The notes below the pieces were generated by a model, which saw only the letters and a program-made list of their open reading frames with translations, made no database searches and was not told where the DNA came from. From NCBI RefSeq assembly GCF_000022265.1, contig NC_011979.1:2520001-2552000 (forward strand): a DNA stretch of 32,000 bases. The letters run 5' to 3'. Made by a program: the position numbers and the translations under genes. Positions within the stretch are counted from its first letter, which is position 1; every line of letters begins with the position of its first letter. Positions 1 to 10,415 of this stretch are shown piece by piece. Origin of the DNA: Geotalea daltonii FRC-32 (GTDB lineage Bacteria > Desulfobacterota > Desulfuromonadia > Geobacterales > Geobacteraceae).

Positions 1-1206
1 TCGGACATTGCCATTATCGAGATCGGCGGGACGGTCGGCGACATAGAATCGCTCCCTTTCCTTGAGGCTATCCGCCAGTTCAAGGCTGACCGTGGCGCGG
101 CCAATGTCCTTTACCTCCATGTGACGCTGGTCCCGTTCATCAAGACTGCCGACGAATTGAAGACCAAACCTACCCAGCACTCGGTGAAAGAGTTGCGGGA
201 GATCGGCATTCAGCCTGATATTCTCATTTGCCGATGTGAGCAGGATCTGCCCCGGGACATGAAGGCAAAGATTGCCCTCTTCTGCAATGTGGAAGAAAAA
301 GCAGTCATAACCTCCCAGGACGCTGAGCATATCTATGCCGTTCCATTGGCTCTTCACCGGGAAGGTCTGGACGAGCAGGTGGTGGAAAAGCTCAATATCT
401 GGACCAAGGCTCCAGACCTGGCCCCATGGCAGCAGGTCGTGGAAAAGCTGATGAATCCAAGTCACGGCAAGGTACGTATTGCCATCGTCGGTAAGTACGT
501 CAACCTGACCGAATCGTACAAATCGCTATCCGAAGCCCTTACCCACGGCGGCATTGCAAATGATTGCCGGGTACACCTGACTTACCTGGATTCGGAAAAG
601 ATAGAGCAGGAGGGCATAGACGGCCTTCTTGAGGATGTGGACGGGATTCTGGTGCCGGGCGGCTTTGGTGAAAGGGGTACCGAGGGGAAAATAAAGACAA
701 TCGAGTTTGCCAGGACGCGAAAAATCCCGTTTTTCGGCATCTGTCTCGGCATGCAGATGGCGGTGGTGGAGTATGCCCGCAATGTTTGCGGCTTGGAGGA
801 TGCGTTTTCCAGCGAGTTCAAGCCCGACTGTCTGAATCCGGTCATACATTTAATGGAAGAGCAGAAAGGTGTCAGCCGCAAGGGGGGAACCATGCGCCTG
901 GGGGCCTACCCCTGCACCTTGACCAAAGGGAGCTTTGCCCAGAAGGCGTACGGGACACTGGATATATCCGAGCGCCACCGTCACCGCTACGAGTTCAATA
1001 ACAAGAACCGCACTGTACTTGTGGAAAACGGGCTGGTCCTTTCTGGTGTTTACAAGGAAGGGGATCTTGTTGAAATTGTCGAGATAACAGACCATCCGTG
1101 GTTTGTCGGTTGCCAATTCCACCCTGAATTCAAATCAAAGCCGCTCAATCCGCATCCTCTTTTCAAGGCGTTCATTGCCGCTGCGCTGCAGAACAAAAAA
1201 GCGTAA
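1..1206 (+). CDS. pyrG: CTP synthase, C-terminal ~400 aa (5' end outside window)
   Basis: Frame 1 is open from base 1 ([27 protein letters not shown]...), so the ORF-track start at 121 is internal. Glutamine amidotransferase domain with the GICLGMQ nucleophile motif and FHPEF. Stop TAA at 1204-1206. Confidence 0.95.
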
Positions 1207-1247
1207 AAGACACAAGGGTGCGAAATCGGTGCCCCAAAGGAAGCGAA

Positions 1248-2066
1248 ATGGTTAAGGAAATTTCGGTCGGCAATATAAAAATAGGTGGAGATCGCCCACT
1301 GGTGTTGGTGGCGGGCCCTTGCGTCATTGAAAACGAAGCGGCAACCCTGCGCTGTGCCGAGCGTCTCATGACCATCTGCAATGGTGTCTCCATGCCATTG
1401 ATATTCAAGGCCTCATACGACAAGGCCAACCGCACCTCGGTAAACTCCTTTCGCGGTCCTGGCCTCAAGGATGGCCTGAAGATTCTGAAAAAGGTCAAGG
1501 AATCACTTGGCGTCCCTGTCCTTTCCGACATACATTCCATAGAACAGGTGGAGCCTGCCGCCGAGGTGCTTGATGTCATTCAGATCCCGGCTTTTCTCTG
1601 CCGCCAGACCGATCTGGTGGTGGCCGCGGCCATGAGCGGCCGTGTCATCAATATCAAAAAGGGACAGTTTCTGGCCCCCTGGGATATGGAAAACGTGGTG
1701 GGCAAGGCGGTTTCCACCGGCAATGACAACGTGATCCTTACCGAGAGGGGGGTCTCCTTCGGCTACAATAACCTGGTGTCGGACATGCGCAGTTTTCCCA
1801 TTCTGAGGCAGACCGGCTACCCTGTCATTTTTGATGCGACCCATAGCGTGCAGTTGCCCGGTGGCCTTGGCGGTTCTTCAGGCGGTCAGCGGGAATTCGT
1901 CGAATATCTAGGGCGAGCGGCAGTTGCTACCGGCATAGACGGTATTTTCATGGAAGTACATGAGGATCCGGAAAAAGCGCTCTGTGACGGCCCGAATTCC
2001 GTGAAGCTGGATGATCTGCCTGCCTTGCTGAAAAAGCTGAAGGCCATCGATGCCATTGTCAAATAG
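1248..2066 (+). CDS. kdsA: 3-deoxy-8-phosphooctulonate (KDO-8-P) synthase
   Basis: ORF 1218-2066. Preferred start is ATG 1248, preceded by [21 protein letters not shown]...VIENE...[12 protein letters not shown]...KKGQF is typical of KdsA; 272 aa. Confidence 0.9.
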   Translation: MVKEISVGNIKIGGDRPLVLVAGPCVIENEAATLRCAERLMTICNGVSMPLIFKASYDKANRTSVNSFRGPGLKDGLKILKKVKESLGVPVLSDIHSIEQVEPAAEVLDVIQIPAFLCRQTDLVVAAAMSGRVINIKKGQFLAPWDMENVVGKAVSTGNDNVILTERGVSFGYNNLVSDMRSFPILRQTGYPVIFDATHSVQLPGGLGGSSGGQREFVEYLGRAAVATGIDGIFMEVHEDPEKALCDGPNSVKLDDLPALLKKLKAIDAIVK

Positions 2067-2096
2067 TGGCTTTAACCATTTGGGCTTGAGAAAAAT

Positions 2097-3062
2097 ATGA
2101 GTATTTTGGAAGCAGCAAAAAATGTATTCCGGATTGAGGCTGAGGCCCTGCTCGCTCTGGCTGAAGGCGTCAACGGTGATTTTGAAAAGGCGGTAAGGCT
2201 GATCCTCTCTTCCCGCGGCCGGGTTGTCGTTACCGGTATGGGCAAGTCCGGACTCATCGGCCAGAAGATTGCATCCACCCTGGCTTCCACCGGCACCCCC
2301 GCTTTTTTTCTCCATCCGGCAGAGGGGATTCATGGTGACCTGGGTATGATCATCAAAGGAGATGTGGTCATAGCCATTTCAAACAGTGGCGAGACGGAAG
2401 AGGTTGTGCGCATCCTGCCGATCATCAAGCGTCTCGGTGCAGATATCGTGGCCATGACCGGTAACCCGTCGTCAACACTGGCCAAGTCGGGGGATGTTTT
2501 TCTCGATATTTCGGTTAAAGAGGAAGCCTGTCCGCTGGGATTGGCGCCTACCGCTTCCACTACTGCTACCCTGGCCATGGGGGATGCACTTGCTGTGGCC
2601 CTTCTTCTTGAGCGGGGCTTCAAAGCGGAGGATTTTGCCCTTTTCCATCCGGGCGGCGCGTTGGGGAAAAAGCTGATCCTCAAGGTGGAAGACATCATGC
2701 ACCAGGGAAATGAAGTTCCACTGGTGAAAGTGGGAACGCTTATGCGGGAGGCATTGTTCGTCATCACGTCGAAAGGCCTTGGCATTACAGGCGTTGTCGA
2801 CGAGACCGGAGCCATGGCTGGCGTCATTACCGACGGAGACTTGCGGCGTGCCCTGGAAAAAGGACTCGATATCATTAACCTTCCCGTGGACGACCTCATG
2901 TCCATGAGTCCCAAACGTATCAGGCGCACGGAAATGGCCGCCAAGGCGCTCCAACAGATGGAGCAGTTCTCCATTACCTCACTTTTTGTCTTTGAGGATA
3001 GGGGCTCAATCCCGGTGGGGATCATTCATCTTCATGACCTGCTGAAGTCAGGAATCGCCTAG
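2097..3062 (+). CDS. kdsD: arabinose-5-phosphate isomerase (SIS domain plus tandem CBS)
   Basis: 321 aa. SIS motif VVTGMGKSGLIGQKIASTLASTG, then a CBS pair at the C-terminus. Sits between kdsA and kdsC. Confidence 0.9.
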   Translation: MSILEAAKNVFRIEAEALLALAEGVNGDFEKAVRLILSSRGRVVVTGMGKSGLIGQKIASTLASTGTPAFFLHPAEGIHGDLGMIIKGDVVIAISNSGETEEVVRILPIIKRLGADIVAMTGNPSSTLAKSGDVFLDISVKEEACPLGLAPTASTTATLAMGDALAVALLLERGFKAEDFALFHPGGALGKKLILKVEDIMHQGNEVPLVKVGTLMREALFVITSKGLGITGVVDETGAMAGVITDGDLRRALEKGLDIINLPVDDLMSMSPKRIRRTEMAAKALQQMEQFSITSLFVFEDRGSIPVGIIHLHDLLKSGIA

Positions 3063-3073
3063 GAGTACCAATC

Positions 3074-3607
3074 ATGGAAGAGACTCTTACCTTGACCGAC
3101 AGGTTGAAAAACATCCGGCTGCTTCTTCTCGATGTGGACGGGGTGATGACCGATGGCCGCATCATTTTTGACTCCAATGGCATAGAGAGCAAATTCTTCA
3201 ACGTCAAGGACGGTCACGGCATCAAAATGGTGCAGAGGGCGGGGATAGAGGTGGGTATCATTTCCGGGCGGGAATCGCAGGTTGTGGTCAACCGGGCGGC
3301 GGAGCTCGCTATCGGCATCGTTTATCAGAAGTGTCTGGACAAGCTGACACCGTATCTTAAGATACTGGAGGCGACCGGTCTGGACCATTCTCAGGTAGCT
3401 TTTGTCGGTGATGACGTGATTGATATCCCTGTTATGAGGCGGGCCGGTTTTGCTGCTGCACCTGCCGACGCCGTGGCGGAAGTTATTCCTCACGCCCATT
3501 TTGTGACTAGAAATCGAGGTGGCTGGGGCGCAGTTCGCGAGGTTTGTGATCTTCTTCTCAAGGAGCAGGGGGTATGGGGAGAGATAACGGACCGTTATTA
3601 CAAATGA
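3074..3607 (+). CDS. kdsC: KDO-8-phosphate phosphatase (HAD-IIIA)
   Basis: 177 aa. HAD motif I LLLLDVDGVMTDG, motif IV GDDVIDIP. AGGAG SD 8 nt upstream of the ATG. Confidence 0.85.
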   Translation: MEETLTLTDRLKNIRLLLLDVDGVMTDGRIIFDSNGIESKFFNVKDGHGIKMVQRAGIEVGIISGRESQVVVNRAAELAIGIVYQKCLDKLTPYLKILEATGLDHSQVAFVGDDVIDIPVMRRAGFAAAPADAVAEVIPHAHFVTRNRGGWGAVREVCDLLLKEQGVWGEITDRYYK

Positions 3608-3713
3608 GCCCGATCTGATACCATTTTTTACTTGCTTTTCCGCTGTTCCTTCACCCGGTTTTTATCCTTCTTCAATCTCCATGCCAAATTTTTAATTGCC
3701 CGCCACAAAGCGC

Positions 3714-3742
3714 TTTACAGCCATTTTTTATGATGCTATACT
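3714..3742 (+). promoter_or_regulatory. sigma-70-like promoter upstream of lptC (TTTACA-17 nt-TATACT)
   Basis: TTTACA at 3714-3719, 17-nt spacer, TATACT at 3737-3742, 12 nt before the lptC ATG. It lies in the only sizeable gap (146 nt) of the 12-kb co-directional block. Confidence 0.4.
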
Positions 3743-3753
3743 TCCGGTAAATT

Positions 3754-4329
3754 ATGCTGAGACCGAAAAAGATCAGGCTTATCCTTGCCATGGCCATAGT
3801 TCTGGCCGGTGTTTCCCTGATAGCTACCGTCATGTTAAAGGTCGAGCAGAGAAAGCCGCCAGCTGAGAAGCTTGACCCTCTGCCCGATAATGTGGAGATG
3901 GCACTGCAGAAGGTTCATTACAGCGAGGTGAAGGATGGGATTAAAAAATGGGATCTTTTCGCCGACCAAGCCCTCTTTGATATGAAGAAAGAGGCCTTTC
4001 ACCTTAAAGGTGTCCGCCTCGTACTTGTTGCAGAAACCAGAATCGGTGACATCACTCTCACTGCCGATGGGGCAGACTACTACAGCAAAACGAAGGATGT
4101 GGAATTGTCGGGAAATGTCGTAGCCAAAAGCGATACAGGCATGCATTTTTCTTCTGCAACAGCCAGGTTTGTCGGTGCCAATGCCTTGATAAGGACCGAC
4201 GATCCGGTAAGATTCACGGACGGCAGAATAGAAGTCAGCGGTGTCGGCATGGAACTTAAAACGACGACACGGGATCTTAAGATAAAGAAGGGTGTAACTG
4301 CAGACATAATGAACGGGCACAGCAAGTGA
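3754..4329 (+). CDS. lptC: LPS export system protein LptC (N-terminally anchored periplasmic protein)
   Basis: 191 aa with a single N-terminal TM (ILAMAIVLAGVSLIATVML). Located between kdsC and lptA as in the conserved kdsDC-lptCAB locus. Its stop overlaps the lptA start (GTGA). Sequence similarity alone is weak; the call is mainly positional. Confidence 0.7.
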   Translation: MLRPKKIRLILAMAIVLAGVSLIATVMLKVEQRKPPAEKLDPLPDNVEMALQKVHYSEVKDGIKKWDLFADQALFDMKKEAFHLKGVRLVLVAETRIGDITLTADGADYYSKTKDVELSGNVVAKSDTGMHFSSATARFVGANALIRTDDPVRFTDGRIEVSGVGMELKTTTRDLKIKKGVTADIMNGHSK

Positions 4330-4844
4330 TCAATAAAATCAGCAGTGCATTTACCATATTGCTGGTGCTGACGGCTACCGTGTTTGCATCGGGTCTTTCG
4401 GGTAGCCTCAGAAGCAATCAGCCCATCAAGATAAAGTCCGACGAGCTTTTTACCGATACGGCCAACAGGACCGCCACATTTGTCGGCAAGGTTTCGGCAC
4501 GACAAGGGGACCTCATTATCTATTCCGAAAAGCTAATTATAAAATATTCGGAAAAAGATCAGGATGTTGATAGTGTCGAGGCGAGTGGCAACGTAAGGGT
4601 GATCCAGGGGGACAGGCAGGCTACGGCAGGGCATGCGGTTTATGATAACAAGGCCGGTAAGATAGTGTTCGATGTGTCGCCCAAGGTTTTTCAAGGGAAT
4701 AATATCGTCTCCGGCAAGGTAATCACTTATTTCGTTGAAGAACAGAGAAGTGTGGTGACCGGTGGTGGAAATGGCGCTGATGCACGGGTAGAAGCTGAGA
4801 TTCATCCTAGGGGCAGAGGGAAAGATGGCAACTCAAAGCCCTGA
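4326..4844 (+). CDS. lptA: LPS transport periplasmic protein LptA (OstA-like)
   Basis: 172 aa. Signal peptide [23 protein letters not shown]. OstA-like beta-jellyroll pattern (IKSDEL...TATFVGKV...[10 protein letters not shown]...[17 protein letters not shown]). Immediately precedes lptB. Confidence 0.75.
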   Translation: MINKISSAFTILLVLTATVFASGLSGSLRSNQPIKIKSDELFTDTANRTATFVGKVSARQGDLIIYSEKLIIKYSEKDQDVDSVEASGNVRVIQGDRQATAGHAVYDNKAGKIVFDVSPKVFQGNNIVSGKVITYFVEEQRSVVTGGGNGADARVEAEIHPRGRGKDGNSKP

Positions 4845-5565
4845 AAACCTTTTGCATAGCAGTGACCTGAAAAAAAGCTTTAATCGCCGGACGGTTGTCA
4901 ACGGCGTCGATCTTCAGGTGGCCTCAGGCGAAGTTATCGGCCTTCTCGGGCCAAACGGGGCCGGGAAAACGACCACTTTCTACATGATGGTTGGTCTGTG
5001 CCGGCCGGACAGTGGAAAGGTCTTCCTGAACGGTGAGGATATCACCGAGGAGCCGATGTATGTAAGGGCTCGTAAAGGAATCAGCTACCTGCCCCAGGAG
5101 CCTTCGGTTTTTCGTAAGCTGACAGTCGAGGAAAACCTGCTGGCTGTGCTGGAAACCATGAAGTTATCCAAAAGCCAGTGCCGATTGAGGGCCGAAGAAC
5201 TGTTAACCGAGTTCCGCATCACGCATATCGGCAAAAGTAAAGGGTTTGCCCTTTCTGGTGGCGAACGGCGCAGGGTGGAAATAGCCAGGGCGCTTGCAAC
5301 CGAACCTCGTTTCATATTGCTGGACGAGCCTTTTGCCGGAATCGATCCCATTGCCGTCATTGATATCCAGAACATAATAACTGCACTGAAGGGCAAGGGT
5401 TTGGGGGTACTTATCTCCGACCACAATGTGCGGGAGACCCTTGGAGTCTGTGACAAGGCATACATTCTTAATGCCGGTGAGGTGCTGGAATTTGGTGACC
5501 CGATCCGGATTGCGGAGAGCAAAAAAGCCCGTGAACTTTATCTTGGGGAAAAGTTCAGGCTTTGA
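4825..5565 (+). CDS. lptB: LPS export ABC transporter ATP-binding protein
   Basis: 246 aa. Walker [13 protein letters not shown] signature LSGGERRR, Walker [13 protein letters not shown]-loop SDHN. Overlaps the lptA 3' end by 20 nt. Confidence 0.92.
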   Translation: MATQSPENLLHSSDLKKSFNRRTVVNGVDLQVASGEVIGLLGPNGAGKTTTFYMMVGLCRPDSGKVFLNGEDITEEPMYVRARKGISYLPQEPSVFRKLTVEENLLAVLETMKLSKSQCRLRAEELLTEFRITHIGKSKGFALSGGERRRVEIARALATEPRFILLDEPFAGIDPIAVIDIQNIITALKGKGLGVLISDHNVRETLGVCDKAYILNAGEVLEFGDPIRIAESKKARELYLGEKFRL

Positions 5566-5627
5566 AACTATTGTAGTTTCTTAAAAACCAAAAGCAGCAC
5601 TCCCTCAGTGCAGAGGTGTAAATTTTT

Positions 5628-7073
5628 ATGGCCATTGAAATGCGCCAACAGATGAAGCTGAGCCAGCAACTGGTGATGACTCCCCAGTTGCAACAGGCAA
5701 TAAAGCTCCTTCAGCTTTCCCGTCTTGAGCTACAGGATGTTGTTCGCCAGGAACTCGAGGAGAATCCGCTTCTGGATGAAGTCCCTGAGGCTGAAGAAAC
5801 AAAAGAGGTTGAGCAGCTTGAACTGAGTGAAAAGGAACCTGAACCCGAAGTATCCGTCACTGAATTTCAAGAAGTGACTGCCGGTGCGGAAACTCGGGAA
5901 ATGGACTGGGAATCCTATCTGGACGGTTATAATTATAGTGCTGGCGAACAATACTATGACGACGAGGAAAGGCCTTCATTTGAAAATTTGCTGACAAAGA
6001 AGAGTACGCTGTCCGATCACCTCATGTGGCAATTGAGCCTGACCCGGCTTTCCGACGAGGAGATGCAGGTAGGTACTGAAATTATCGGTAATATAGATGA
6101 GGATGGTTATTTTCGTGCTTCTCTTGCCGAAGTAGCCACTGTCTGCGGAACCAATGAGTCTGCTGTCGAAACCGTATTGAGGCGAGTCCAGGAGTTTGAT
6201 CCTCCAGGGGTCGCTGCCCGTGACCTGGGAGAATGCCTCCTGCTTCAGGTCAAGGTATTGGGTATTGGTGGGAGTCTGGTCGAGTCCCTTTTAACCCATC
6301 ATCTCAAGGATCTGGAAGCGCGTAAATACAAACAGGCAGCAAGGGCTCTGGGAGTTGACGTCAATGACGTACTTACGGCAACGAGAATCATAGCCGGCCT
6401 GGACCCGAAGCCTGGCAGGATGTTTGGGCAGGACGATGTCCAGTACATCTCGGCCGACATCTTCGTTTACAAGATTGGTGAAGAGTACGTTGTCATGTTG
6501 AACGATGAAGGTCTGCCCAACCTGCGCATCAACCCCCTTTATTATAGTGAAGGAAAGGCCGGTTTAAATGCAGACGCCAAGGCTGAGGAGTACATCAACG
6601 ACAAGATGCGTTCTGCCCTGTGGCTTATCAAGAGCATTCAGCAGCGGCAGCGCACCGTGTATAAGGTGGCAAAGAGTCTGGTGAAATTCCAACGGGATTT
6701 CCTCGACCGGGGCATTGAGCATTTGCGGCCACTGGTGTTGCGGGACATTGCAGAAGACATCGGAATGCACGAATCAACCATCAGCCGTGTGACAACCAAC
6801 AAATATATGCAGACGCCACAAGGGCTTTATGAACTCAAATACTTCTTCAACAGTGGCATATCCACCAATGAAGGTGATTTTATCGCTTCCGAAAGTGTGA
6901 AGAACAAGATCAGGGAAATAGTGGATGCGGAGGACCAGCGGAAGCCCTACAGCGACCAGCGTCTTGCCGAGCTTCTGGCTGCTCATAATATAAACATTGC
7001 CAGGCGTACCGTCACAAAATACAGGGAAATGTTGCGTATCGGCTCATCTTCCGAAAGAAAAAGACATTTTTAG
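5628..7073 (+). CDS. rpoN: RNA polymerase sigma-54 factor
   Basis: 481 aa. Gln/Leu-rich region I (LSQQLVMTPQLQQAIKLLQLSRLEL), acidic region II, and C-terminal HTH plus RpoN box (ARRTVTKYR). Confidence 0.95.
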   Translation: MAIEMRQQMKLSQQLVMTPQLQQAIKLLQLSRLELQDVVRQELEENPLLDEVPEAEETKEVEQLELSEKEPEPEVSVTEFQEVTAGAETREMDWESYLDGYNYSAGEQYYDDEERPSFENLLTKKSTLSDHLMWQLSLTRLSDEEMQVGTEIIGNIDEDGYFRASLAEVATVCGTNESAVETVLRRVQEFDPPGVAARDLGECLLLQVKVLGIGGSLVESLLTHHLKDLEARKYKQAARALGVDVNDVLTATRIIAGLDPKPGRMFGQDDVQYISADIFVYKIGEEYVVMLNDEGLPNLRINPLYYSEGKAGLNADAKAEEYINDKMRSALWLIKSIQQRQRTVYKVAKSLVKFQRDFLDRGIEHLRPLVLRDIAEDIGMHESTISRVTTNKYMQTPQGLYELKYFFNSGISTNEGDFIASESVKNKIREIVDAEDQRKPYSDQRLAELLAAHNINIARRTVTKYREMLRIGSSSERKRHF

Positions 7074-7149
7074 CAGCTTGGCCGATTGCAGGTGTCTGTG
7101 CTGCTGAGACAGGCTCTTGCTTATAATAAACGACAGGAGGTATCTAGTT

Positions 7150-7695
7150 ATGCAAATTACCACGACATTCAGGCACATGGACCCGAGCGACGCCCTGAAA
7201 AGCTACACGGAAGAAAAACTGGAAAGGGTAAAAAAATATATCGATGAGCCGATTGTGGCCCAGGTATTTCTTACCGTGGAGAAGATCCGTCATTCAGCCG
7301 ACGTGACCATCACCGCCAAGGGAATTACTATCAAAGCGGCGGAAGAGACCAATGACATGTACGCAGCTGTCGATGCCGTAGTCGACAAGATTGAGCGCCA
7401 GCTGCGCAGGTACAAGGAACGGATCAAGGCTCACAAACCTGCCACCGACAGCCGCGAAAGGATAGTTCAGAAAAGTATAGTCGAGGCTGAAAGCATTGAG
7501 CAACAGAAGGAACCGGTTATCATCAGGACCAAGACCTTTTCCCTCAAGCCAATGTCCGTGGAAGAAGCAGTAATGCAGATGGATCTTCTTCACAAGGACT
7601 TCCTTGTTTACACGGAAGCTGCCACTGAAAGCATCAATGTGATTTATCGTCGCAAGGATGGCAACTATGGTCTGATCGAGCCGAACAAAGAGTAA
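7150..7695 (+). CDS. hpf: ribosome hibernation promoting factor, long form
   Basis: ATG 7150 follows AGGAGG, so the ORF-track TTG at 7117 is probably an upstream extension. YfiA/S30AE domain (MQITTTFRHMD...) plus a C-terminal dimerisation domain (...FLVYTEAATESINVIYRRKDGNYGLIEP). 181 aa. Confidence 0.9.
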   Translation: MQITTTFRHMDPSDALKSYTEEKLERVKKYIDEPIVAQVFLTVEKIRHSADVTITAKGITIKAAEETNDMYAAVDAVVDKIERQLRRYKERIKAHKPATDSRERIVQKSIVEAESIEQQKEPVIIRTKTFSLKPMSVEEAVMQMDLLHKDFLVYTEAATESINVIYRRKDGNYGLIEPNKE

Positions 7696-7703
7696 GCGCC
7701 GCT

Positions 7704-8174
7704 GTGGGTAAAATGACCATTACAAGATTCCTTTTGCCTGAGGATATCGTCGCCGATCTCATGTCCAGGAAAAAGGAAGAAGTCCTGGCAGAACTGGCTG
7801 CTAGAATAGAATTGCGGCAGCCAGAGATCGGCCGGGCAGAGCTTCTCAAGATACTGCTTGAACGTGAAAGGCTTGGCAGCACCGGTATAGGAGATGGTGT
7901 TGCCATTCCTCACGGCAAGGTGAAAAATGCCAAAGAGCTGATGCTGGTGTTCGGTCGCAGCCTCGCCGGTGTCGATTTCAATTCCCTTGACGGCAGACCG
8001 GCACAGCTGTTTTTTCTTCTTGTCGCTCCCGACCAGGCTGTTGGCGAGCATCTGAAGATGCTGGCGCGTATTTCCAGAATCCTCAAAGATTCAACCACCC
8101 GCAAAAGGCTTCTGGACGCGCCGGATGCAGCCACCGTTTATAATGTAATCAAAGAACAGGACAGCAGCTATTGA
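7704..8174 (+). CDS. ptsN: PTS EIIA-Ntr (nitrogen regulatory IIA)
   Basis: EIIA type-2 fold with the phosphorylatable His in GIGDGVAIPHGK. Position after rpoN-hpf. The start is either GTG 7704 or ATG 7713. Confidence 0.85.
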   Translation: MGKMTITRFLLPEDIVADLMSRKKEEVLAELAARIELRQPEIGRAELLKILLERERLGSTGIGDGVAIPHGKVKNAKELMLVFGRSLAGVDFNSLDGRPAQLFFLLVAPDQAVGEHLKMLARISRILKDSTTRKRLLDAPDAATVYNVIKEQDSSY

Positions 8175-9130
8175 ATACCATCAGTCTTTCCATTAAGGAC
8201 CTTTTGGACGACAAGGTTTACGGTCTGGACTTGAAGCTGTTTGCGGGTGAAAAAGGTCTTTCCCACCGGCTGTATAGTTCGCGTATTCAAAAGCCCGGCC
8301 TGGCTTTGACCGGCTATACTGAGCATCTCCATCCCGACCGCCTCCAGGTCCTCGGCAATACGGAGATTTCATATCTCAGGCAGATTCCAGAGGAATCTGC
8401 CATCGTTTACATCGAGAAACTCTGTACCTTTCCCATCTCCTGTTTTATTGTCACGAAAGGACTTAATCCTCCCGCATTTCTAAAAAAAGCAGCAGAGAAT
8501 GCCGGTATTCCATTGCTGGGTACTCCCCATCAATCTTCCACTTTCATTTCCCTGATAACCAAATTTCTTGAAGAAAGCCTTCTGCCAACTACTCATATTC
8601 ATGGCGTTCTGGTAGACGTGCTTGGGGTAGGCGTTCTCCTCTTGGGCAAGAGTGGCATAGGCAAGAGCGAATGTGCACTGGATCTTGTCATTCGCGGACA
8701 TCGATTGGTGGCTGACGACATCATCCATGTGAAAAAGAAGATGCCTGCCGCTCTCGTGGGGCAAGCTGCGGAAACCATCCAGTATCACATGGAAATCCGG
8801 GGCTTGGGCATCATCAATATCAAAGACCTTTATGGAGTTTCCTCTATCAGGGAAAAAAAGATCATCGATATGGTTCTCGAGCTGGTTGAATGGGATCCCG
8901 ACCAGGAATACGACAGACTGGGAATCGATGACCGGGTTTATACAATTCTTGGTGTCGAGCTACCCCATTTGATGATACCTGTCCGTCCCGGGCGAAATCT
9001 AACTTCCATTATCGAAGTGGCTGCCAGAAATTTCCTGCTTAAGGGGATGGGCTACTATTCCGCCAGGGATTTTCACGAAAAGCTTCTTGCCCGCATGGAA
9101 GTCAGACCGCTGGGCAATGAGGTGGAATGA
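8171..9130 (+). CDS. hprK: HPr kinase/phosphorylase
   Basis: 319 aa. P-loop GKSGIGKSECALDL and the downstream HprK signature (GHRLVADD...MEIRGLGIINI). The start (TTG 8171, overlapping the ptsN stop) is uncertain. Confidence 0.88.
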   Translation: MNTISLSIKDLLDDKVYGLDLKLFAGEKGLSHRLYSSRIQKPGLALTGYTEHLHPDRLQVLGNTEISYLRQIPEESAIVYIEKLCTFPISCFIVTKGLNPPAFLKKAAENAGIPLLGTPHQSSTFISLITKFLEESLLPTTHIHGVLVDVLGVGVLLLGKSGIGKSECALDLVIRGHRLVADDIIHVKKKMPAALVGQAAETIQYHMEIRGLGIINIKDLYGVSSIREKKIIDMVLELVEWDPDQEYDRLGIDDRVYTILGVELPHLMIPVRPGRNLTSIIEVAARNFLLKGMGYYSARDFHEKLLARMEVRPLGNEVE

Positions 9131-9131
9131 G

Positions 9132-9989
9132 ATGCGCATTCTTATCATTACAGGCCTTTCAGGTTCCGGTAAATCCACCGCTGTTCGTGCTCTTGAAGAT
9201 GAGGGTTTTTTCTGCCAGGACAATCTGCCCGTAGCTCTTTTTCCCACGTTTGTCGATCTTGTGGACAATGCCAAGGAGCGGATACGGGATGTGGCGCTGG
9301 TGATGGATATCCGCGGCAGGGACTTTAACAAGGGATTTGAGAAGGTATTCCAGGAGATAACTGAAGCAGGCCATCTGGTGGATATCCTCTTCTTTGACGC
9401 GACGGACGAAGTGATTATAAGACGCTTTTCCGAGACAAGGAGGCGTCATCCCGCCATTGACAGCGGCTCGGTGCCGGAAGGAATCCGCTCCGAGCGGCAG
9501 CAACTTGCCGGCTTACGCAGCTTCGCCACCCAGATCATCGATACCTCTGAGCTAAACGTCCACCAGTTGAAGGACCTTGTCATATCCCTGGTCAAGGGAG
9601 GCGAAGGGGGCCGTGAGATGACCGTACACCTTCAATCCTTCGGCTATCGCTTCGGCCTTCCCCTTGAATCCGATCTGGTCATGGATGTGCGTTTTCTGCC
9701 TAATCCGTACTTCATTCCTGAGCTTAAGGAATTCTCCGGGCTAGATCCCAAAGTAAGGGCATACGTGTTGAAACATGATGAAACCGGGGAATTTCTGACG
9801 AAGTTCAAAGAACTGCTGGAATTTCTTCTGCCCGGTTACAAGCGTGAAGGCAAATCCTACCTGACCATTTCCATCGGTTGCACTGGGGGCAGGCACAGGT
9901 CGGTGGTCATCGCTGAAGAAATAAGAGATTTTTTTAAAAGAAAACAATTGAACCTGAAAGTTTCCCATCGGGATATGGAAAAGGGCTAG
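9132..9989 (+). CDS. rapZ: RNase adapter / nucleotide-binding protein RapZ (YhbJ)
   Basis: ATG 9132 lies 1 nt after the hprK stop. MRILIITGLSGSGKST Walker A and a C-terminal GCTGGRHRSV motif. 285 aa. ORF-track residues 9087-9131 are a likely spurious extension. Confidence 0.9.
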   Translation: MRILIITGLSGSGKSTAVRALEDEGFFCQDNLPVALFPTFVDLVDNAKERIRDVALVMDIRGRDFNKGFEKVFQEITEAGHLVDILFFDATDEVIIRRFSETRRRHPAIDSGSVPEGIRSERQQLAGLRSFATQIIDTSELNVHQLKDLVISLVKGGEGGREMTVHLQSFGYRFGLPLESDLVMDVRFLPNPYFIPELKEFSGLDPKVRAYVLKHDETGEFLTKFKELLEFLLPGYKREGKSYLTISIGCTGGRHRSVVIAEEIRDFFKRKQLNLKVSHRDMEKG

Positions 9990-9993
9990 AACT

Positions 9994-10389
9994 ATGATCG
10001 GATTATTGTTGGTTACCCATGCCGGCCTGGCAGAAGAACTGCTTGCGGCTGCGGAAATGATAGTGGGAAAGATTGAACTGGCAGAGACCGTAGGCATCAA
10101 GGCTGATGCCAAGGTGGACGGAATAATGGCTGACATCAAGGGAGCCATCGGCAAATTATCCGGAAAAGGGGTAATTATCATGACTGACATGTTTGGCGGT
10201 ACCCCTTCAAACGTCAGCCTTTCTTTTCTGGAGGATGACAAGGTGGAGGTGCTGACTGGCGTCAACCTGCCCATGGTCATCAAATTTGCCACGGAACGAA
10301 AAAGATGCGGCGTGAGTGAACTGGCGCAAAAACTGAAGGAATGCGGCCTGGAGAGTATTACTGTGGCAGGTGAATATCTGAAGAAGTAG
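9994..10389 (+). CDS. PTS EIIA component, mannose/fructose/sorbose class (orphan)
   Basis: 131 aa. N-terminal IGLLLVTHAGLAEEL with the conserved His near position 10. No EIIB, EIIC or EIID gene follows it. Confidence 0.8.
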   Translation: MIGLLLVTHAGLAEELLAAAEMIVGKIELAETVGIKADAKVDGIMADIKGAIGKLSGKGVIIMTDMFGGTPSNVSLSFLEDDKVEVLTGVNLPMVIKFATERKRCGVSELAQKLKECGLESITVAGEYLKK

Positions 10390-10415
10390 CTGCACCGGAA
10401 GAGGGATGATCGAAT

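Noticed and set aside
2330-3025. 231-aa and 160-aa minus-strand ORFs opposite kdsD.
   Set aside because: The sense strand has clear SIS and CBS domains. The antisense translation is Ser/Pro/Arg-rich and featureless.
7122-7127. Perfect TATAAT 23 nt upstream of the hpf start, and a similar TATAAT at 16905-16910 upstream of asnS.
   Set aside because: Neither has a credible -35 hexamer at 16-18 nt nor an extended -10 TG, so I did not list them as promoters. They remain possible weak or activator-dependent promoters.
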